Position numbers and translations under genes: made by a program
NCBI GenBank assembly: GCA_045577635.1
Contig: JAZNIS010000101.1
Span: 1 to 61,199, forward strand
DNA length: 61,199 bases
Reading direction: 5' to 3'
Source: Clostridia bacterium
GTDB lineage: Bacteria; Bacillota; Clostridia; Christensenellales; UBA1242
Notes under the pieces: model-generated
The model's input: the letters and a program-made list of their open reading frames with translations, nothing else
What the model was told of the DNA's origin: nothing
Databases searched by the model: none
Shown here: positions 58,501 to 61,199 of the stretch, piece by piece
Position numbering within the stretch: position 1 is the stretch's first letter
Layout of the letters: each line of letters begins with the position of its first letter

Positions 58501-61197
58501 TATCCACGACTTGTTTGGATTGAAAACAGTAGTAATGCAATTAATGCAACAACAGGTGCAGTTGATAATGCTAAATTAGAAGATTCAGTAGCTGGACATT
58601 CAATTTTCAGTGTTCAAACTGAAGGTTCAAAAACTCGTCCATCAACAACTGTTGATGCTTCACTTGCAAAACAAACATATATTGCAACTACAAGTTCACA
58701 AATTGGCAACTTAAATGGTAAAACATTAACTAACAAAACAGTATATGTTAAAGGTAATCAAGCATTCTCTGGAACAATTACGGAAGTTGATGCTTTAAGT
58801 GCAATTATTGGTTTATATGTTACATCAGGAAGTTCAACCGTAATTACAACAAATAATGGTTATTTAGCTAATAGTTCAGTTGTTAAAAATGTAGTTGGAA
58901 CTAATAATGGTGTAATTTATAGATTAACTTTTGCTGGAACAAATTTGGCAAGCACTCTTGTTACAACCAATAATGGTGGAATTGATACAATGGTCGCAGA
59001 AGATACAAGTTCTAGCCAAAGTGCAGTTTCATTAATTGGAACTAATAATGGTGTAGTTTATCGTAGTATTATTAAAAATACAAAAGTAACTTTTGCATCT
59101 ACATTAGGAAAAATTAAATCTTCTTACTATTTAAGCACAGTTGATTCTAAAACTGTTGCAAACTACTTTAACCAAATGGGTAGTGATTATAGTTATGAAA
59201 TAAATGGCACAGGTGTAAATTTTGACCTTGCTAACATGGATGGAAACATTTTAAGTGGTGACGGTTTTGATTTTGCTAACGATTGGATTGTTGTTGAACC
59301 AAAATCAACCGCAAGTGCAGTTGATAAATTAACATTAAACTATGGTGCTCCAATTTTAAGATATGAATTGGCTACAGCTAATTCAACAAGGGGTGGCTAT
59401 AACTTTGATGAAGGTATTCGCAGTGCTATGTACTGGACAAGTACCGGAACAACATTTAACAATTTATTAGTTAAATATGCAAATCAAACAGTTATTAAAT
59501 TAAACAATGAAACTCAATTTGCAGAAATTGCACAAGCAACTTCTGTTGGTGAAGTTGTTACAGGATATCCTGTTTCAGAATTAGAAACAACACCTGCAAT
59601 TTCATCAGTATATAACAACGAAAGTGCAATTACTGATGCAAGCACTCTTGTATCAGGAACAACTTATAATTACAAAGAAGTTGAAACAACAGAATATGTT
59701 TACGGTGTAAAAACTGTTAATAAACGAAAATTGTTAAACTTCCAAGCTTCTGATATTTACTTAATGAAAGACATGGATTTAGGTGGACAATTATGGACAC
59801 CAATTGGATTTGGCTTTGATAATTTACAAGTAAATGTTGGTGATGTAATTACAAGTTTAAATTCAAGTAGTCATAATGTATTTATGGGTACATTCAATGG
59901 TTCAGGTTATATTATTTCAAATGTAACAACTATTGAATCAAATAAAAATGTTGGTTTATTTGGAACTGCTTATGTAAATGCTGGTGCCGATATTCCTTCA
60001 TTTGCAAACATTGTAATTAGAAACAGTAACTTTATTAGTGTTTCTAAAAATGGTGGTTTCTCACTAGCAGGTGCATTAGTTGGTAGAGTTATTTTAGGAA
60101 AAGATAATTCTACACAATATGTATTAAGCAAAGTGGGTACCGAACATGCAAATGTATTTGCAACAAACCGTGCAAGTGGTTTAGTTGGTGATTATTTAAG
60201 TTTATCTTCAGCAGATTCTGTTGGAACAACAAACTTAACAAGATTTATTAAAGCTAAAATGAATTATGCTTATGTAAATTCAAATGTTATTGTTTCAAAA
60301 GGAACAGGTAATGTTGCTGCTGGTTTTGTAAACTACGGTAATAATAATATTTATCAACCTTCTCATGCATTAGTTGCACATACAATCAACACAGGTTTAG
60401 AACAATTATACTTCTCTGGTGAAATTGGTGATTACAGATTAAATTCAGATAATGATTATAAATTTGTAAATCAACACACCGATTTATCAACAGGTTATGA
60501 TGGTGATAATGCCGTTGAAGTTTCATCATTATATGGTATGGTTAAAAATGTTCTAGCTAGTAATGATACAATTGCAAAACAAAGTGTATATGCTCTTGAT
60601 TTTATGGATGCTGTTGTAATGAACACATCTGGTAATGTAAACGATGAGTATATGACTAATGAATCATTCCCTAACTTTGATTGGGGTAGTGTATGGACCA
60701 GATTAACTGGAACAAACGACAACTATCCTGTATTAATTAGTAAAGTTGGATATTGGGTAGAAACAATTAAAGAACCAGGATTTACTCAACCAAGTTATAA
60801 TGGTTCTACAAAAACTTATTCTGTTTCTACTCCACAACAATTAGCATGGATTGCAAACAAAGTTAATACTGATACATCATCTTCAGTAATGAGTGGTCAA
60901 ACAGTTCAATTAACAGCTAATATTAATTTGTCTGGCAGAGTTTGGTCATCAATTGGTTACAACTCTGGTTCAGGATATCATGCATTTGCTGGTAAGTTTG
61001 ACTTTAACGGAAAAACAATTTCTGGAATGACAGTTTCTGGTGCATATATTAACAAGTCAGATTATGCTGGTGATGTTGATATTGAAGAAGAATTTGTTGA
61101 TGTTGTTTGCTTAACATCAAAAACAGTTGGTTTATTTGGTGCAACCGAAGGAGCAGAAATTACTTCTAGCACAGGTGTAGGTAAAATTAATGGATTG
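43576..61197 (+). CDS. Second giant lipoprotein-anchored GLUG/beta-helix + Ig-like surface protein, paralog of gene 1; 5' complete, 3' end beyond the window (more than 5,874 aa)
   Basis: Not in the ORF track because it has no stop in the window. ATG at 43576. MINLRKKLIAICLMLFSTVMLIYGC carries the lipobox. I read codon by codon from 43576 to about 46500 with no stop and spot-checked 53761-53820 and 61141-61197 in the same frame. The N-terminus aligns to gene 1: YKNLTLEVSSSEIEIILNE vs YKDLKLTVSASEIILYLNE, and GGPVIITVTTLEGNLSKNITVTVVKPVSEIIFN vs GNGILIVTSAEGGRREEIKISVKIPVKNIVFN. GLUG-type turns include FVGGLVGFLNNSAL, NVGGVVGYNIGLVQGN and YAGGLVGKMSNGSIF. A Big_2-like segment SSNSSVLSVEFDNSGNVKFVAKSAGYALLTITS lies at ~49530-49630. 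Confidence 0.9.
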   Translation, partial: MINLRKKLIAICLMLFSTVMLIYGCDKNEYKNLTLEVSSSEIEIILNEDSPESNLFPITAKVSGMPKGYNGAVSFSVPVNNGVIEAVKANPDVNGDGESIGIFEAKKQGGPVIITVTTLEGNLSKNITVTVVKPVSEIIFNTLNIPVVKGVKTDISKFYTIKPDGTLQDDVNLELVPLNGGESEIIKVETDGKYLTVPTDVNLTEFQLRVRSAIDSEIITSSLATVKVINVLPTDLITLIHDNNTPTIDEDDLALPKNAKGEYELVLATNTGNLFSKTLFFDFNADPNENNNYIVSVKGRTNSGSIIDEDGLENRFVEIDNHVSIRNGFEIKARGNGNTKITFVIDRADFPGYFTQTITLNVSVQAYPTKIEVNNSVNETKLDVLKLFVNYDVETFGTPFRVVVSNETGPMLDQKVIANLTSGEENISLYDANKTLIEWGSEIFAGAKYYLKHNFTENPTESISLTLVSTTYNKIFLNLPITVETQPINLTTTSPEVFLDITKPEVKTALVINGLTGTINYSRDLEIVELSNCDIINYEASATQITVWPKSDIIGVCSLKVVANNGSSVSFIITLYEQLITGETSVSIAGEVIAAKEAVGGTYPEVNIKNGLNIPIYFTINGRNYTSLDETGLIYHSSSSNSQVVQSTEMNYSLQTKNMSGSAHIELQIIGFDEYGEQVKAVYFEILINVSVPLTTLTSDSPQEIIYDINSLSSSQISEYGIYTIELSSSPFNANFGINDLTWSCEYNGGQLRAQKTVREDRNTIDYTFRTSNYDVITLTTTKTNFKVAEVKCQIASSTTSVITFNIVAKVDQQFKNENGLIISDPKSAKVRFIVYKAEKVSDFVFENVASKGTKANPIYQLTYDERDLEFNGSIYTNEANCIKTVYFNVYPVTALNKDLGVLSSSGVVSATVNNVLKSITITLLSKPASTDVIKLTVYPLDDVNGTDIGKHKIIQIRVLDGRSERTAFEIKNETDLLKVNSSLSSYYVLASDVAISNEWVPIGKTLTSVQQFSGNFSGKYVVYDENDVVVTTSYYSISGLNINNNDYDYYGLFAYLGENSKVSDLSINNFSIRATISHDRNVFVGALAGYAEGEINNVSVNDQSGVQAFNGLYYENATVGETTSGIYITAETNTNIHANYFVGGLVGFLNNSALHLATTAVADSAGHKVFEGLKTLYKVSGSDYDYYNKQVVNSKAIVQMNVYVKTNNASFVGGLVGFNNRAVITADKQTGIVFGSNSAQVVTAINANLSPQETAFNNYSSFGGVVGFNNGVVENIIAKASIFGVYENSTDYYNIKNVGGVVGYNIGLVQGNKSFPLLQGYINVGGVVGKSATAIVTLKVNGNDKEFKNGKMAVGDGLFTMVDSVEYNKYFRIHIEEFETQSLSGEDFLDLMEDYLGDLSKAETVYNNYYAGREGDYYYVIKISDHDIFDTDPKISYSYSYNTRYVGIASEDSYDYLVLEEIAVILGKYKSNHIENNSVEFLQLDDKVKIYNSAIVGFDNIGGLVGEYVGLSAPLNVIEVGSDKATAGQVTFTAIAYNTVHNYSLKPVEQKSGTVGGNGFYGNILLSNAHYFRVDKLNRNYAGGLVGKMSNGSIFSNQVFASIQGELAGLGGLVGKVEGTTNISNCSFVGAIINRDSAATAEVKPATGGLVGDSLKATTLFAHSGYASATDEEAYKYSSSCVWYYSVNPKNQISWVAGDHNNIASCYFKAKDINGNYIKTYEDTTDPEYEYKKSMGYIGDSRVELDYTYYHSDGTKKEFVVDGFTYTTKKVWVDTLSANEKSCPDCNPSFVFDEDEIDETKLTEFIDDNKAYRFVGEDLNGDGLVDAHTGVDYSNKTLEQFKTAYLNQTSWYVNELINDGLPVILSSNKLTPTGTDSYKISLLANFPPTDIVLENKENKIDTFIKNLPDDLSSVVYYYGLDSSNYKTGTDTLNFTSTNSADKISTSTAELNAQLLKQNSYSLDEILTLSSIPTFIDGNSFKIKSSNSSVLSVEFDNSGNVKFVAKSAGYALLTITSEYNVSLSKTVAVNVANASDELKLGYFESGQQKYVQDNQVLVINKSTEEKQITLPVSSNLSANQIFNGNSFPEVTESFKLISNRNSGVRYYFAGLTTSGGGTPCPTIYYATNDIEGLINSIQLKINNLKFGYEYIGQIAGATPTNYYTVYIDVPYGTTANFVGIEETLNDITLISVPYLVTTSAKGETNKILLANLGDYDDGVLLTEGELRGVAVPAENTVVLNQNRFDVASYDYTQYTADYISNLESLITMFKVRVTKATWNLTKDKDAIANDVKTESSFNITIETDKDDEELYLAYFHSFGSESVERKISYTNLFANLGGEVNVGNITLQGNNKTITSVGNKNYVNYNFTVLVKDENKNNVQDVVSTTFKFFVVKSDAVLETDANGFINNAISSVVESNMLLSLPVTLTPQTITEIDLKHYPNSESKVIIDAMGNKITEINLNEIAYENIIPGNVGVLKAYISPYYASYDELHIISSVSTGSVVLFEQLMARTTETAAGLIYNGSYETLIVSNNKVENGIKLVKVSNINQDREQNYDGNIYIRTMLNSFKSEADKFTLTIRAYKNGVLVKEKPIVLDVQTPPSLNLSVNGADSAPIARGTEVKFDAQLTDINGNIDFSGSYMYRINSNGIEVKVGSINADFMVKNNSGVYSVSVNNDVASDRYIKVVGTVTKQINGETITHSDYITLHVTDFVIEEISVESVTNGNFVGMFNQPYSLIVRISKATYNPANTDTVKEKIKKLEADFSRYSETDSILQTWKLVKTLQGVGSATRYASLKVGFNGNDSFVIGTRVEEALGNIPVYTLQNTKFGSGDILAAVVQFVYTDQGIIPVLNDADRVTYSSSEYFYEKSFEFGFGFYRIRDEERPDPIETAEQFKQMADGVDYILVSDIVLEDWEPFREDLKINSLDGNGYVITIKSFSLPTYTEGQALLDSANIGIFSKIHAGTTIKNLTIEVPSQQKSNQIELATYDNTAVDLYVDARAYKSVNFGVLAAENSGLITNCQIINDAGALREERELTIARQYFLTDPRYMDYKTYDGGGNLVFNEEQFILDNWDVFRKGQVQRYDAAGKLYGEVTGSDTDRHLSVVRVETTTTVETQIHYMSGLVAQNVLDGETSEVGYITNSSVENITINGVGYVSGFVANNAGKISSSYFKGANIINRVAENYAEAATAGFVVKNSGEKASIQYSYIQGRLGEGDKYANPKTGGGLTNGDKTGLTADNKAGFAGYNYANNGGNASISSLRALNALITTKTNAAGFVYSNESIISNSYSNIIVNSSMGTSGFVFTNAKKGTISSCYSLSSVKTNSWDASPFTGRAATHEYNNENPDGIVDCHYLKLGSDENSSALEVEYAEDYLEGDEPATSLGSSQFGEYNTFQSYAFNTDFELSTADKVTRAVWFIPNDASSDLYEEHFKNTFYVRSRPELVAANLRTISVRVWVGSETSNENSYTYVSTVIGQGIHNPLLVKTAEDFNRYLNYESTIDDNERNFAIRFISDITFNKTDLTAQTYNMDYYGDLDGNGMDINQLRLVSDTDFENVETGQPITDLGLFGRIITKDLGDENYQRGVVRNINIAVSEVAGSKVMNVGALAGSIENADVFNVNISGDVVIQGKNLVGGLAGIIKGDSEIVNITSSLSARAAFFKETNRFSTNFPTELPAVYGTFNLYYSELQGDEVSNSDEVSYAGGIAGVFDVKERSEEEGMNPLSLFNAKARSLQVTGDVTIIGEVVGGIFGLNGQEATTSDLSFIVKENTNPKLRGSRIVGGLVGENRGEIERSYIAHESTLQEKIDQSYKTGIAGGTYTNSNLNYNDLYSSNAHYTGGLVGFNNDGKITNAYSKLNVINMNSMFAGGFVGLSIGGEYNFCYTVGSVSAFSSAGGFIGAQAQYPFNITKTGSGENEVITYSANTRFARYIYFEPNSENGKSIGSGSTKLVGVVAANLWRPEDLVTNRTTLYSAEDLKIGTMIGVAVMADNGSGKYQLSDIIDIGDLTERKKNETIFFMQPEIVSLRHNAVYNSNDFYKLMPEIGAFEDKLGFIYNQKNLTRDYRFSTSVDSATDGDTYNEAADSSVIQVTRPQGLSGYAAEPKKNEDNEYIVNGVAGTGAGYTSATADKNYYRYSRMQNIGSARSLKEIITTLDIIETDAAGMGDHSSDDLEGKKDSYDDIINTPIFNTWNVNRWTGVRKETADDQNTVFPYLEAKPEKTKILVYQKSDLELMSVYVNAEFVLMNDIDLQADGPSSWAPVGTKAIPFKGLLHSNDRPATPGANWPYTIYNLSVTSAGAAYAGLVGYAAEAEFKDFNLSTASVVVDGSEDTPLFVGSLVGYASSGTVFENIKILTDNAKYKTPDGAAYGAKLTTSTAASVGGLVGFSDMGTINNVDLKDVEINITGIGDLSRVESERPKTLGFGGVAGYLTSAEPATPMVAGASVEGTINLKSGATAILLPDDARCGGSTGFSFDVGGVIGRSNDADSSQARVLNISSKVKITANLNAGGTTNISSINIGGAIGKAQNTLFTENEVIDDETTVVTNIYRNFVEGSGSTDIDVDLTNFAKTADSRTSTFNVGGAVGSVYARDAELTATYVTESLSQISVGKTTAVKMTVDITNSTYLNSNVGGVAGYTENATVKHLYSNVDINVTDGSAGGATYGSTIIAGGIIGKVVNGQNMSNMHSVGMVYVHSSLTGTINNNVYAGGAFGDVYLGEVATVLQTINKGVSQATVSVDMASSDNDGTVIAGGFIGRIFGGKVTQSASVGKVLILNGKQNKTNYAGGFVGFINMQNPQIEIPAIAGGAVASTPNLLAFENNYSSADLQLTSIFESELDSYAGLFIGNIYYGYEEGFKHLTLKNNYTIGKYIYTGNNAANYYDSLYIERNNKGGFLGGYTYYAGSGVNSTNVERASNLVYVNNFYNSDFVPYTNGHLKGLSTEVMLYNANATFAEFKDVKTTSEAGAEVSVWTVANNNYPRLVWIENSSNAINATTGAVDNAKLEDSVAGHSIFSVQTEGSKTRPSTTVDASLAKQTYIATTSSQIGNLNGKTLTNKTVYVKGNQAFSGTITEVDALSAIIGLYVTSGSSTVITTNNGYLANSSVVKNVVGTNNGVIYRLTFAGTNLASTLVTTNNGGIDTMVAEDTSSSQSAVSLIGTNNGVVYRSIIKNTKVTFASTLGKIKSSYYLSTVDSKTVANYFNQMGSDYSYEINGTGVNFDLANMDGNILSGDGFDFANDWIVVEPKSTASAVDKLTLNYGAPILRYELATANSTRGGYNFDEGIRSAMYWTSTGTTFNNLLVKYANQTVIKLNNETQFAEIAQATSVGEVVTGYPVSELETTPAISSVYNNESAITDASTLVSGTTYNYKEVETTEYVYGVKTVNKRKLLNFQASDIYLMKDMDLGGQLWTPIGFGFDNLQVNVGDVITSLNSSSHNVFMGTFNGSGYIISNVTTIESNKNVGLFGTAYVNAGADIPSFANIVIRNSNFISVSKNGGFSLAGALVGRVILGKDNSTQYVLSKVGTEHANVFATNRASGLVGDYLSLSSADSVGTTNLTRFIKAKMNYAYVNSNVIVSKGTGNVAAGFVNYGNNNIYQPSHALVAHTINTGLEQLYFSGEIGDYRLNSDNDYKFVNQHTDLSTGYDGDNAVEVSSLYGMVKNVLASNDTIAKQSVYALDFMDAVVMNTSGNVNDEYMTNESFPNFDWGSVWTRLTGTNDNYPVLISKVGYWVETIKEPGFTQPSYNGSTKTYSVSTPQQLAWIANKVNTDTSSSVMSGQTVQLTANINLSGRVWSSIGYNSGSGYHAFAGKFDFNGKTISGMTVSGAYINKSDYAGDVDIEEEFVDVVCLTSKTVGLFGATEGAEITSSTGVGKINGL

Positions 61198-61199
61198 GC

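Noticed and set aside
25735-60722. Short minus-strand and alternate-frame ORFs inside the giant genes (e.g. 25735..25932, 35065..35358, 41503..41829, 43641..44000, 53003..53212, 60495..60722)
   Set aside because: They lie entirely within long, motif-rich coding frames, have no RBS or promoter context, and give products with shadow-frame composition.
25430-61197. Giant ORFs as an assembly artefact of collapsed or mis-joined repeats
   Set aside because: The repeats are conserved at motif level only; the surrounding nucleotide sequence is diverged. The frame is maintained over 17.8 and 17.6 kb. The two genes have distinct promoters, signal peptides and a terminator between them. The artefact is still worth excluding with long reads.
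1-61199. CRISPR arrays, tRNA/rRNA genes, riboswitch-like GC-rich structured RNAs, DGR or invertase-type phase-variation machinery near the giant genes
   Set aside because: Intergenic regions are short and AT-rich, with no direct-repeat/spacer periodicity and no cloverleaf-compatible GC-rich segments. I saw no reverse transcriptase or recombinase ORF and no long inverted repeats flanking the promoters.

Overview
Low-GC (about 25-35% GC) Bacillota-type chromosomal segment that uses the standard genetic code; TGA is a stop, e.g. 8488-8490 sits in a terminator loop. (i) 1-157 is a compositionally foreign fragment of about 61% GC. On the minus strand it reads as a GNAT acetyltransferase-like piece and is joined in frame to the next gene. 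(ii) 2-4830 is a minus-strand three-gene operon behind a consensus promoter: a Y1/HUH transposase-like protein with degenerate catalytic motifs and an HTH tail, a membrane-anchored protein, and a secreted protein of more than 1000 aa built from five ~190-aa repeats. The last ORF is missing from the supplied ORF track because it never reaches a stop inside the window. (iii) 5-25 kb holds mostly housekeeping and envelope genes in Firmicute-like synteny: M1 lipoprotein peptidase, WalJ-like MBL hydrolase, PDZ-less HtrA-like protease, two CPBP proteases, rlmH, tadA, a split GlmU-like pair, pth, mfd, a PrsA-like foldase, a UPF0104 membrane protein, a polysaccharide-deacetylase-like protein, a SpoIIQ-like M23 protein, an orphan acpP, and spoIIID with a sigma-E-like promoter. 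(iv) From 25.3 kb to the window end lie two tandem paralogous giant genes of 5,942 aa and more than 5,874 aa. The second is also absent from the ORF track because it runs off the window. Each has its own near-consensus sigma-A promoter, a lipoprotein signal peptide, Ig-like (Big_2-like) domains and many beta-helix modules packed with GLUG-type GG[ILV][VA]G turns. Together they occupy about 58% of the window and are the most unusual content. I saw no rRNA, tRNA, CRISPR array or intact mobile element. All family assignments come from motif recognition by eye and need HMM or BLAST confirmation.
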